DNA of 64,000 nt from Candidatus Omnitrophota bacterium (lineage in GTDB: Bacteria > Omnitrophota > Gorgyraeia > Gygaellales > Profunditerraquicolaceae). The position numbers were made by a program, and so were the translations under genes. Every line of letters begins with the position of its first letter. Within the stretch, counting starts at the first letter, position 1. The stretch lies in the NCBI GenBank assembly GCA_028712375.1, contig JAQTQG010000003.1:14619-78618 (forward strand), given 5' to 3'. The notes under the pieces were generated by a model. The model worked only from the letters and a program-made list of their open reading frames with translations, was not told where the DNA came from and did not search any database. This document shows positions 8,462-17,576 of this stretch, one piece after another.

Positions 8462-10351
8462 TTAAGAAATAGTTACAACCGCTTCTGCTTCTGACCAAGT
8501 GTTTATCAAATCCAATATTTTTTGAATTTGAATCGGATAATCTTCTAATGAAAGATCTTCATATTTCATAAAAGCAGCTCCGATCTTGCCATGTTTTTCT
8601 ACTTGATTTGTAGCTATGCCTATAATGTTTTCAAGTTCTGGTGTAATTTTGATGATCTTCCCAATATTTTTATCCAAAGAACCATCAATAAAATCGTTTT
8701 CTTTAAACATTCTGAGCTCAGATTCTTCTTTGTCTGTTTTATTAGGTTTATTTTCTGGAAAGTTAATAGGGTCTATATCATGGATAGCAACGTAAGGAAC
8801 TTTGAACTTATTAAGTACTCGCATAAATATATGTATATTGGTTTTTCCGCCACATTCAACTACGCATATGTTTTTAGCAACGAAGTCATATTTTTTATCT
8901 TTTACAGTAAATTTTGTTGCCCAGAAAGGAACTATAAATTTTTCGGTATCACCTTCAACCAATACTACTTTCTTAGAGAAAAACATTTCACTACGCGATA
9001 AGTCAAAAAGGCTTAAATAACGGAAAACTTTTTTTAACCTATTGTTTTCCTGTGTGGTTTCAGCAGCAAATATATCTCCAACAAATTGAAAGGTATTTGT
9101 TGGACCTTTTTCCTCACGCCCAACGATCACGATATTCTTGTATTCAAACATATCTACAAAAAAGTTAGAATGTGTACAGGCCAATATTTGATCAGTAGTT
9201 GCGATATTCCTTAAAACTTCAATCATCTTTCTTTGGCCATTAGGATGTAAATATAGTTCTGGTTCCTCAATTGCAAGTATAAAATTTTTCACCAAGGCTT
9301 CCGGTTGATCTTCTTCTACAATTACAGTACTTACTGTTTTAGCATAAGCTCTTATATAAGCTAAAATTAGTGCACGTTGAAGACCATGTCCCTTAGAATC
9401 AATCGAAGTAGGCAAAGCGTCATCTAAAGTAATATTCACATCTTTAAATAAATCAACAAGTTCGGGAGTGACGATTTCAATACCAACCTTTGTTCCTGGC
9501 ATACTTTCGCTTATTATGCCTGTAATAGTGCTTTCGAAATCTTTTATTTCCTGTAATCGGTCTGAGTCATCTCCAGTACCTGATTTATTTAAATATTTCT
9601 TCAACCCTTCGAGCTGGTTCTTAACCTCTTCAAATTTTGGATTCTTTAAAACTATCCTATTTGTTAAATCGGTTACTAACTTCCCTAATACAGTTTGCTG
9701 TGTAGTCTTAGATTCATCACATGCATCTTTTACAGCAGGAACCAAATAAAATTTAGGCAACAAATCAGCAAATACTTCTTTGAGGCCTGCAGGATTCTTT
9801 ATCCAATCTGGATCACCAAATTCCACTTTTCCGTCCTCTATACACTTCATAACCCCTTCTTTATATGAAGCCTGGGTCACGGTTCCCTTATCAGTTTTAA
9901 AATAGTCTGGTAAATTTTTATCTTTCACAATTTTTGCAATATCCCCTTTATATTCATCAAATCTTGATAGATCAAAATGGAGCTCGCGAGGCTTAGCTTG
10001 CCATCCATAAAACGTCGTTTCATATTTTTCACTCTGATTATTATACTCTACGACCTTTTTCACTCGAATTGCATGGTCATAGATCCAATGCTTAAGATAC
10101 TTTTGTTTTTCATCATACTCAGTTAATCTATCAAATGTCAAAATAATAGTGATTGGTTCATTATTCTTTTTGAAATAAAAATATTCCTCGTTTATCCCCT
10201 TAACCGAATCTTGATAGAATAATTCTATTGCTCGAAGTATATTGGATTTACCTGCATTATTCTCTCCAATAAACATAGCCAATGAATCTATTTCAATTTC
10301 TATGCTGTCTATGGACTTAAATTTGTGTATTTCGACTTTACGTAACTTCAT
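8462..10351 (-). CDS. OLD-family ATP-dependent endonuclease (ABC ATPase + TOPRIM)
   Basis: 629 aa. N-terminus MKLRKVEIHKFKSIDS...FIGENNAGKSNILRAIELF is the OLD/AAA_15 Walker A. The C-terminus VVLVEGDTEKFIVPF...VVECGGKTN...VAIHDID is a TOPRIM domain with E, DxD-like and G motifs. Confidence 0.8.
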   Translation of the reverse strand: MKLRKVEIHKFKSIDSIEIEIDSLAMFIGENNAGKSNILRAIELFYQDSVKGINEEYFYFKKNNEPITIILTFDRLTEYDEKQKYLKHWIYDHAIRVKKVVEYNNQSEKYETTFYGWQAKPRELHFDLSRFDEYKGDIAKIVKDKNLPDYFKTDKGTVTQASYKEGVMKCIEDGKVEFGDPDWIKNPAGLKEVFADLLPKFYLVPAVKDACDESKTTQQTVLGKLVTDLTNRIVLKNPKFEEVKNQLEGLKKYLNKSGTGDDSDRLQEIKDFESTITGIISESMPGTKVGIEIVTPELVDLFKDVNITLDDALPTSIDSKGHGLQRALILAYIRAYAKTVSTVIVEEDQPEALVKNFILAIEEPELYLHPNGQRKMIEVLRNIATTDQILACTHSNFFVDMFEYKNIVIVGREEKGPTNTFQFVGDIFAAETTQENNRLKKVFRYLSLFDLSRSEMFFSKKVVLVEGDTEKFIVPFWATKFTVKDKKYDFVAKNICVVECGGKTNIHIFMRVLNKFKVPYVAIHDIDPINFPENKPNKTDKEESELRMFKENDFIDGSLDKNIGKIIKITPELENIIGIATNQVEKHGKIGAAFMKYEDLSLEDYPIQIQKILDLINTWSEAEAVVTIS

Positions 10352-10542
10352 GGTGTTATTATACCTCTTTTTATTACCCCTAACAATAATTTCAAGTTTT
10401 TCACTGAGAGCTTATCTGCATGCCTCAAGCCACAATCATACCTTAGAAACCGATAAAACTTCATAATCTGCTTAGTTTCTTCTATTAACTTCCTATGCCT
10501 TATGTTCCATAGCCGAGTAATCGGACTGATCATCTTTACCAC
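10348..10542 (-). CDS. small ORF (64 aa) overlapping the OLD start by 4 bp; possibly translationally coupled
   Basis: Only the ORF geometry (ATGA-type overlap with the 8462-10351 start). No motif. Confidence 0.25.
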   Translation of the reverse strand: MVKMISPITRLWNIRHRKLIEETKQIMKFYRFLRYDCGLRHADKLSVKNLKLLLGVIKRGIITP

Positions 10543-10708
10543 CTCCTGCTATCAATAGACGCAGAAAGTGGAAAAATCTAACAGGATTTTTAGAATTTAA
10601 CTTCGTTTTTTACTTAATTTTGGGCAGGATTTATATATGGAATTTCTCTATGAACTTCGCTTTTGGTATAAATTACGAAGCTATATTATTGAAACCTGAA
10701 ATTTGCTT

Positions 10709-12220
10709 CTATTCTGGAGCTCCCATAATAAAACCTGTGGTAAGCCCTTTTTCTTTAAACCAACTTTTTAATATGCCCTTACTTCCAGCAATTGCCGTAT
10801 CAATTTCTGAATCCGTTGGGGCACTCCACATTTGCCAGTTAAATAATCTTGCTAAACATGCTTTTATTTTTGAGTAGTCGCTATCCACTAAATCCCTATA
10901 AAATGGCTTAGCTTTCTCATCTCCATCATGAATATCTAATTTCGCACATATTGCGTCTCGCAATAGTTCTGACCAGGCCATAATTGATTTTGAAGAAAAT
11001 ATCCTACTGAGTTTACGCTGATTTTGATCACTAGGCGCGGCTGCAGGATTCCAATGTGAAAGCGCAAGTTCAAAAATCATATTCATTAAAGCAATAACAT
11101 TCTTAAACTCTGATTCTCTCCTATATTTTTCTGAAAACATATCATCATCAAGAGGCTCGGTATAAAGAAAACAAGCAAGGATTGACTTAGAGAGCATATC
11201 CACAGTAAGCGGTTGTTCATTGGAGCTCCTATTACTTGTTGAAACGAGTGGTTTGAGTTTATTAGACTCATCTTCAAGAATAGAATTATATAAGTAACTA
11301 CGGAAACGCTTGTTTCGCTCGCCCCGCGTAAGAGATATGTCTTTCTGCTCTAGAAATGACAAAAAACCACTTTCATTTTTTTTCTCAATATCTTCTCTAT
11401 TTTTATACTCTTCAAAATCTTTCCCAAATTGATTCCCTAATTTAAGAATTAATACTGACGAAAAAAATCTTGTTTGGGCGAATTTATCATGTGCTGATAT
11501 ATTAGCTTGATTAAGCATCCTCAAGTCGGGATCAAGATAGATCTTGCATTCAAATGTCTTTCTCCCATTCCACAATATCGCAGCTGCCTTGTGTTGACCA
11601 TCAAAAAGCAATATCCTATTATTTGAAACACGTCCTATTGAAGGTTGCAAAACTGGATAAATCTGGAAATGACGAAACATTTCAAATACTTTATCAAAAA
11701 TCAAATAACGTGGTTGTAGGCCCAAATGTTCATTATCATCATCATCGCTGTTAAGAATTGATATGGGTAAATTACCATAAAAATATTTCCAACCGGTTCG
11801 CGGACAGGTTTGGATATTAAACTGAGATGAAAAGGAGTGGTGTTGTAAAGTAACTGTTTTATCTTGGACATTAATAGCAACCGCTTCTCCAAAAGACTCA
11901 ATATCACCTGCCTTTTTTAAGTGCGTAATTAGATTACGCAATGTTAATCTATCGCCTTCTTCAAAAAATGATTCAAGTCGAAGTTTTATACGAAAATCCC
12001 CTAGAGGCAACATTCCCTTCGCCTTATTATGGTATTCGCACATAGGTGCAATATTATCAAGTTCTGATTGCCCATCTCGAGCATAAGCCCAAATATGGTC
12101 AAAATGAACCCTCTCCCCTTCCGGGATTGCATGCCCATTGGCAAAGCAAATACGCCCATGTCGATTTAAAATTATTTTCTTTTCATCATCATTGATTTGC
12201 CTTTTTAGAGTAATTGCCAT
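10709..12220 (-). CDS. HNH endonuclease fused to DGQHR (DndB/ParB-like) domain protein
   Basis: N-terminus C..NGH......HFDHI.......N...MCEYHN is an HNH motif. The central LLFDGQHKAAAIL is the DGQHR signature of the DndB branch of ParB/Srx-fold proteins. C-terminal ~200 aa unknown. Confidence 0.65.
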   Translation of the reverse strand: MAITLKRQINDDEKKIILNRHGRICFANGHAIPEGERVHFDHIWAYARDGQSELDNIAPMCEYHNKAKGMLPLGDFRIKLRLESFFEEGDRLTLRNLITHLKKAGDIESFGEAVAINVQDKTVTLQHHSFSSQFNIQTCPRTGWKYFYGNLPISILNSDDDDNEHLGLQPRYLIFDKVFEMFRHFQIYPVLQPSIGRVSNNRILLFDGQHKAAAILWNGRKTFECKIYLDPDLRMLNQANISAHDKFAQTRFFSSVLILKLGNQFGKDFEEYKNREDIEKKNESGFLSFLEQKDISLTRGERNKRFRSYLYNSILEDESNKLKPLVSTSNRSSNEQPLTVDMLSKSILACFLYTEPLDDDMFSEKYRRESEFKNVIALMNMIFELALSHWNPAAAPSDQNQRKLSRIFSSKSIMAWSELLRDAICAKLDIHDGDEKAKPFYRDLVDSDYSKIKACLARLFNWQMWSAPTDSEIDTAIAGSKGILKSWFKEKGLTTGFIMGAPE

Positions 12221-12288
12221 GTGCTACCTCCATCTATTCTATTAGCTTAAAATCAAAATGTGTTTTTGGTAAAAAATTCTATCTATAC

Positions 12289-12501
12289 TCAATGATGCTC
12301 TCTTTCGTATAGAGTGTGCAGTATCTTATATAATCTTTTGCCGTTTGTAACTTGTCCATCACTATTAACAGATACAATCAAATCCTTAGTTGCTAGCCTT
12401 ATCCCGTCATCACCATATTTGAACATTCTTACAACATCACTTAAATAGATAGCAAATCTACCTTTGGGACTTTGAATAATCTTACCTTTTGCACCAGGCA
12501 T
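12289..12501 (-). CDS. small hypothetical protein (70 aa)
   Basis: ORF only. Same strand and operon position upstream of the HNH-DGQHR gene. Confidence 0.25.
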   Translation of the reverse strand: MPGAKGKIIQSPKGRFAIYLSDVVRMFKYGDDGIRLATKDLIVSVNSDGQVTNGKRLYKILHTLYEREHH

Positions 12502-12553
12502 ATTATCCTCCTCTGGATTAAATCAAAGATGGAACCGACACGTATTGTTATAA

Positions 12554-12886
12554 TTAAGCATATTTCTCTTTGTGCATTTCATAATACAAATCAAATATTT
12601 TCTTTGCAATCTTAGAACCTGTGCTATTTTTAATAATACTCATGGTATTCTCTACTGAACCTATCCAAACTTCTCCTTTATGATTTAAAACGGGTCCATG
12701 TTTTGTTAATTGCCTCACAACCCATTCCCAGTCTTTTTGAAATTCCTCAGGAAAATCTTTTGGTTCTAAAACATGGCAGATTAAATATGATCCAATGAGC
12801 CTTGACCTTACGTCTTTTTGACCAACAGCTAAAGCATAAACAACTTCAAATAATTTCTCTTGTACATAAGAATAACTTTTTCTCAT
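12554..12886 (-). CDS. hypothetical protein (110 aa)
   Basis: ORF preceded by an AT-rich promoter-like region (12890-13140). No motif recognised. Confidence 0.3.
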   Translation of the reverse strand: MRKSYSYVQEKLFEVVYALAVGQKDVRSRLIGSYLICHVLEPKDFPEEFQKDWEWVVRQLTKHGPVLNHKGEVWIGSVENTMSIIKNSTGSKIAKKIFDLYYEMHKEKYA

Positions 12887-13139
12887 AATAAATATCTATA
12901 AGCAAAAAAACAACCCTATTTTAGAGAGTTGCCTTAGATTTGACCTAGTTTAACCTCATTACCGCTCCTATTTAAATATAAGTTATTATCCTACCCCCAT
13001 AGCCCAAAATCAACCCTTTTTTAACTGTTCTAGGATAATAAATGTTAAATGAATTTAGTATTCTACACAAATTTCGAAGTAGTAATACTGGACGCAGCAT
13101 CTTAAAAGGTATATAATATTTTTAACAAAGGAAAACACA

Positions 13140-13988
13140 ATGAAGTTTGCCGATGTAAATAAGACCATAATAAAGCTGTGCAAAGATAACAGTTTGGATT
13201 TCTTAGCTGAATGCGAAGCTATCCAATCTGAAGTTGATGCCTGCTCTCTACCTGAAATTCTCGACCATTTAGATAATGCAGGTATCATACCCGAATGTTT
13301 TGATCACGATTCTACGGAAGAAAAGTTGTTCGCAAAGTATTGTGACTCTTTATTAGCTCGTGGGTTACGAGAAATAGGATTAAACGCATATACAATACCA
13401 GAACGCAGTGATGCGGCTGATGTTCAAGGGAAGGGTAGCAATTACACTATTGTTGGAGATGCTAAAGCGTTTCGTCTTAGCAGAACAGCAAAAAACCAAA
13501 AAGATTTTAAGGTCGAGGCTCTTGATAAATGGAGAAATGGATCCGATTTCGCTGTATTAGTAAGCCCTCTTTACCAGTACCCAAATACAAATAGCCAGAT
13601 TTACTCACAAGCAATAAGGTATAATGTTACCCTATTATCTTATACCCACCTAGCTTTCCTAATAAGAAATAGAAATAATATAAAGAATGGCTCTCTTAGG
13701 GGATTATGGGAAATCGGAAAAAAGCTCTCTATTGGTAAAAGCGCCAAATCATACTGGGGATTAATTGACGCTAAAATGCTAGAAATTACCGGGAAGGATA
13801 AAAAGGATTGGGATAGCGCTATAGAAACAGAATACAAATGCTTAGTTCAGAGAGCTAAGGACGAGATTAAGTATTGGGAAGATGAAAAAGCAAAGATATT
13901 AAAATTGTCTCACGATGCGGCAATACAAGAACTAATTAAGGCTAGGAAAATAACAGAAAAGGTCGGAGTTATTAAGCAGTTTATATAG
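13140..13988 (+). CDS. putative Type II restriction endonuclease (PD-(D/E)xK candidate)
   Basis: 282 aa, convergent with and 8 bp from the methyltransferase gene. ...FDHD...ERSDAADVQ...YTIVGDAKAF is compatible with a D...(D/E)xK active site. Inference only. Confidence 0.4.
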   Translation: MKFADVNKTIIKLCKDNSLDFLAECEAIQSEVDACSLPEILDHLDNAGIIPECFDHDSTEEKLFAKYCDSLLARGLREIGLNAYTIPERSDAADVQGKGSNYTIVGDAKAFRLSRTAKNQKDFKVEALDKWRNGSDFAVLVSPLYQYPNTNSQIYSQAIRYNVTLLSYTHLAFLIRNRNNIKNGSLRGLWEIGKKLSIGKSAKSYWGLIDAKMLEITGKDKKDWDSAIETEYKCLVQRAKDEIKYWEDEKAKILKLSHDAAIQELIKARKITEKVGVIKQFI

Positions 13989-13995
13989 CGTTGAT

Positions 13996-16200
13996 TTAAA
14001 GAGATTTTCTTTTTGTGATTTTGAAGCCTGAATAGAGTGTTGAGATGTAGTCTGAAATACTCATAATCATATCTGCATCACATCCACCCCCAGTGATGTT
14101 CTTATAGTTGACCAGTAACCCAATTCCCTGTGCGAATATTGCCAACCCAATGTCTTTCTCGCTCCATCCCGCTTCTTTCAACACATTACCATAATCAGAT
14201 ACGTAAGAAGATACCTTAGCAATTATTTCGGGGAAAGATATTGATGATTTCTCTTCCATTGTTTTATGACAGACGAAGGTAATGCAAGTATCTATTGCTT
14301 CTGATGTCATGCCGCGAGGTCTTGCTTTTCTTTCTATACTAAGTGGTTGCACGCTTGTGATTATAAAATTAGTGTCTCTAAACGCCCGAATAATTGCGTC
14401 CCATCCGCCTAGTGAGCTATGGCTATAAATAAACGATAGGACGCCGTCATATTTCAAAACTCTCTCAGCTTCTTTTATCGCCTTGCCTAATTCTAAGCAA
14501 TACTTATCGTGAGCTTCAAGGGCCGATTGACTACGAAATGCTGAAGCAACTAATTCGGAACCAAAGCTAGTGTCTTGTTTGTTAAATAAATCCGGATCAA
14601 CATTTTTTAATAAAATTCTTTTCCACGCATAAAAGAAATCCGCTAATATGCTGTAATAAATATTATCATAGTATGGGGGATCTGTTATAATTGCATCAAA
14701 ATAATTGCTCTTAAATGGGAGGTTTTGGGCAATTCCACAGTTTACTTCCGGTTTATATGGAAATTTTTCGATGGAGCTAATGCCTGAAATGATACGGTCG
14801 AGCTTATCCCAAAGATTAGCTGGGCCATTCATTATGGGGTCTATTTCGCCATAATCCCAAAGCATGGGAACGCCTGGACCGCAAAAAGCTCGCCCCATCT
14901 GTTCATTTTGCGAAATCCACATAGATAAACGACAATTCCAATCCACAAGTTGATCAATTAAACTCGCCAATACAGAAATAGCAAAATCCGCCAACTCCTT
15001 TGAATTCTGCTCCTTCAATAACCGATATTCATCTTTCAGACACTTTATCAAAGACAGTAGAACCACCCTCTGCCTTTTATTGACAAAATCACTATGAGTT
15101 TCTATGCCGTAAACTGAGGGGTTCACAATGCCGGACCATTTGGGCAATTTCGTATTTGGAAGACTGCTTTCTAAAGATTTTAATAAATCATTTTCAAGAT
15201 GAGAGATCTTAACGGCTGAGGGAATCAGCAAATCGTTGTTTTCTATAAGCAAAAACTCTTTCCCGGATTTTTCTTTCCGCTTAACAAAAGCAATTAGCTC
15301 ATCTCGAGTGTTGCTAATATCAACTTTTTCAACTATATGAGAGCATTTTGGGCATTTAGCAGACCCATTTCGACCTTCCCAATTTGAGTTATGTTCATAT
15401 TTGTCATCCACTTCCTTAATCCCAATATGCTGTCGATCCTTGGAATTATTTATAATAATTGCTATTCGCTTATTTTTCTTGCGTGACAGCCAGGGTCTTT
15501 TTATTAAATAATATACATATTTACATTTTGGGCATTTTAATGAATACGTCCAGAAATACACTACAGGTGGTCTTTGTTTCGTCTCGGATATCTCACCCTG
15601 CTTACTTCTTGATACCCCTCCCTTCCTCAATGGAAACAATTCATTTGTTGCTTCTTCTAAAGACTTTAAAACACGAATGCCAGATTTCCTTACAATATCT
15701 TCGGCACTTCTTAAATCAACTTTCTGCGAGTATTCAAGATTTGCTTTTTGTATAAAAACAGACAATTCATTCGCATCAATAGAGTATGCTTTGGCACCTA
15801 TGTTGGCTATTTCTAATGGTATTGTTCCTCCACCACCAAACATATCTAGGGCCTTTGGAGGAACTACGTATTGTTCTTTAATAATAGCTCGGGCTTTATC
15901 TATGGCACTTTTGTTTGCATCCCCCGCTAACTCAACCATTATTTCATACATTTTAGGTGTACTTATTTTACATAGAGAAGCAAACGCAAGTATCCTCATA
16001 GCAGAATGAGGTCTTCGAGCCCACCAAACGTGGAGTGTATGCGACGTTTCTCCACTTCGGTATCGTTCCGCAAGACCAGCTATTGAGGCTTCGTAATGTA
16101 AAAGTCCACTATCTATCAAACGATGTTCCGAAGTGTTTGGGATCAGAGCAATTTCAGGACTTGATTGGGTTTTATTTTGACACATACTACTTATTGGCAT
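13996..16200 (-). CDS. DNA methyltransferase, N6-adenine/N4-cytosine type, alpha-class with DUF1156-like N-terminus and internal zinc ribbons
   Basis: 734 aa. N-terminal LHVWWARRP motif (DUF1156-like). Motif I DMFGGGGT. Internal CPKCKY...CPKCSH ribbons (putative TRD). Motif IV ITDPPYYDN. The order I-TRD-IV indicates alpha class. Confidence 0.75.
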   Translation of the reverse strand: MPISSMCQNKTQSSPEIALIPNTSEHRLIDSGLLHYEASIAGLAERYRSGETSHTLHVWWARRPHSAMRILAFASLCKISTPKMYEIMVELAGDANKSAIDKARAIIKEQYVVPPKALDMFGGGGTIPLEIANIGAKAYSIDANELSVFIQKANLEYSQKVDLRSAEDIVRKSGIRVLKSLEEATNELFPLRKGGVSRSKQGEISETKQRPPVVYFWTYSLKCPKCKYVYYLIKRPWLSRKKNKRIAIIINNSKDRQHIGIKEVDDKYEHNSNWEGRNGSAKCPKCSHIVEKVDISNTRDELIAFVKRKEKSGKEFLLIENNDLLIPSAVKISHLENDLLKSLESSLPNTKLPKWSGIVNPSVYGIETHSDFVNKRQRVVLLSLIKCLKDEYRLLKEQNSKELADFAISVLASLIDQLVDWNCRLSMWISQNEQMGRAFCGPGVPMLWDYGEIDPIMNGPANLWDKLDRIISGISSIEKFPYKPEVNCGIAQNLPFKSNYFDAIITDPPYYDNIYYSILADFFYAWKRILLKNVDPDLFNKQDTSFGSELVASAFRSQSALEAHDKYCLELGKAIKEAERVLKYDGVLSFIYSHSSLGGWDAIIRAFRDTNFIITSVQPLSIERKARPRGMTSEAIDTCITFVCHKTMEEKSSISFPEIIAKVSSYVSDYGNVLKEAGWSEKDIGLAIFAQGIGLLVNYKNITGGGCDADMIMSISDYISTLYSGFKITKRKSL

Positions 16201-16463
16201 TTTACAGATAGGCCTTTGCCACGACTTATTTCAAGCACATAGCATTTTTCATTAAGGGGGATCTTACGGGTATATCGCCAACCAAATGAAATACGTCTAT
16301 ATTTCCAATCGATTCTTTTTTTACCTAAATCTTGTCCTTCAAAATTAACCAAAATTTCATCAGCATCATTTAACAACTTTTTAATATCTGGATCTCGCTT
16401 TTGTTTCCATATTATGTATCCCCATTTCCTAGCACGGTTCAAAATTGGTATAGTAAAGGCCAT
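16191..16463 (-). CDS. small ORF (90 aa) overlapping MTase start by 10 bp
   Basis: ORF geometry only. Basic protein with no HTH recognised. Confidence 0.3.
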   Translation of the reverse strand: MAFTIPILNRARKWGYIIWKQKRDPDIKKLLNDADEILVNFEGQDLGKKRIDWKYRRISFGWRYTRKIPLNEKCYVLEISRGKGLSVKCQ

Positions 16464-16519
16464 TGTCTACCTCCTTTTTATTTAGTCTATTGTAAAACGA
16501 TGGAAGAGTCAAGCTTGGT

Positions 16520-17134
16520 TTAAACACTAAGTAGCTCGGCACACTCCGCCAGATCTTCCTTCGTTACGCCCGTGTAGATCTGCGTCGTAGAAACGAACTT
16601 GTGTCCCAAAAACTCCTGCACCTTCCGGATGTTGCCACACTTTCGCATTAACTCCGTCCCAACCGTGTGCCTCAGACAGTGTGGTGAATATCTTCCTTCC
16701 AAGCCACTTTCACTAACCCATTTATTAAGGTTTAACTGCACTGCCCTCTGGGTAATTCTTTTGTTGTTCCTTGATAAAAATAAGGGTTCGCTCAAGGAGA
16801 AGCCTTCATCCTTTGCCTTTCTCTGCCTAATGTATTTATCTATGTGGGCTCTAATATCCTTGTTTAATGGTATTTGCCTAATCCTGTCGCCCTTGCCTTT
16901 TATCTCCAACACTTCCTTTGACGAATAGCCGTTGTGCACATCCTTGGCATTAAGGTTGATCGTTTCACTAAGGCGTAATCCAGTATTAAGCATAAGGTCA
17001 AACATACAATAATCACGCCAGGCTTTCCTGCTGTCGGCAAGTGTCTTTAAGAATTGTTTCTTTTGTTCAGAAGTCAGATATCTTATCGTGTTCCTCTTGG
17101 CCATTTCACACCTCTTCGTTAATATACTGCTCAA
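16520..17134 (-). CDS. tyrosine site-specific recombinase, catalytic domain only (XerD-like)
   Basis: 204 aa. GLRLSE (Arg I), HCLRHT (H-x-x-R), LGH and TQIYTGV (Tyr nucleophile). Lacks an N-terminal core-binding domain. Confidence 0.8.
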   Translation of the reverse strand: MSSILTKRCEMAKRNTIRYLTSEQKKQFLKTLADSRKAWRDYCMFDLMLNTGLRLSETINLNAKDVHNGYSSKEVLEIKGKGDRIRQIPLNKDIRAHIDKYIRQRKAKDEGFSLSEPLFLSRNNKRITQRAVQLNLNKWVSESGLEGRYSPHCLRHTVGTELMRKCGNIRKVQEFLGHKFVSTTQIYTGVTKEDLAECAELLSV

Positions 17135-17540
17135 CCTTAACCCTTACCTTTTCTTTTAATACCTGAAACTCTTCTGAGAACTCGCCATTATCACTAAAAT
17201 CTCTGTCTTTCCATAAATTGTCATACGCCTGGCAGAGAAAATATTGGTATTCTTTATTTTGCGGGGACATCTCAATAGCCTTAAGGATAATTTCAGTGCC
17301 TGTCCTTAAAGAAGTAACCCAGAAAGTTGTAAGCAGAATATATGATTGTTCGTAAAGAAGCTCTGCTCTCTGTTCTTTTGAGAGGCCGTAATTCTGCAAT
17401 AATTTATAGACCCTATCAAGCCTCTCAGATTTTTGTGTATCTCCATCAGGTTCTTGAGCAAAGAGATTAACTAAAAATAATAACGACATCGAAACTATTA
17501 AAATAACTATTATCTGTTTTGTATTCATTTTCACCTCCAA
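17106..17540 (-). CDS. secreted/membrane hypothetical protein
   Basis: 144 aa with N-terminal signal peptide-like MNTKQIIVILIVSMSLLFLVNLFAQEP. Confidence 0.35.
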   Translation of the reverse strand: MEVKMNTKQIIVILIVSMSLLFLVNLFAQEPDGDTQKSERLDRVYKLLQNYGLSKEQRAELLYEQSYILLTTFWVTSLRTGTEIILKAIEMSPQNKEYQYFLCQAYDNLWKDRDFSDNGEFSEEFQVLKEKVRVKVEQYINEEV

Positions 17541-17576
17541 TATCTTTTTTCCTATATATGGCCTGACCCTGGCTTC

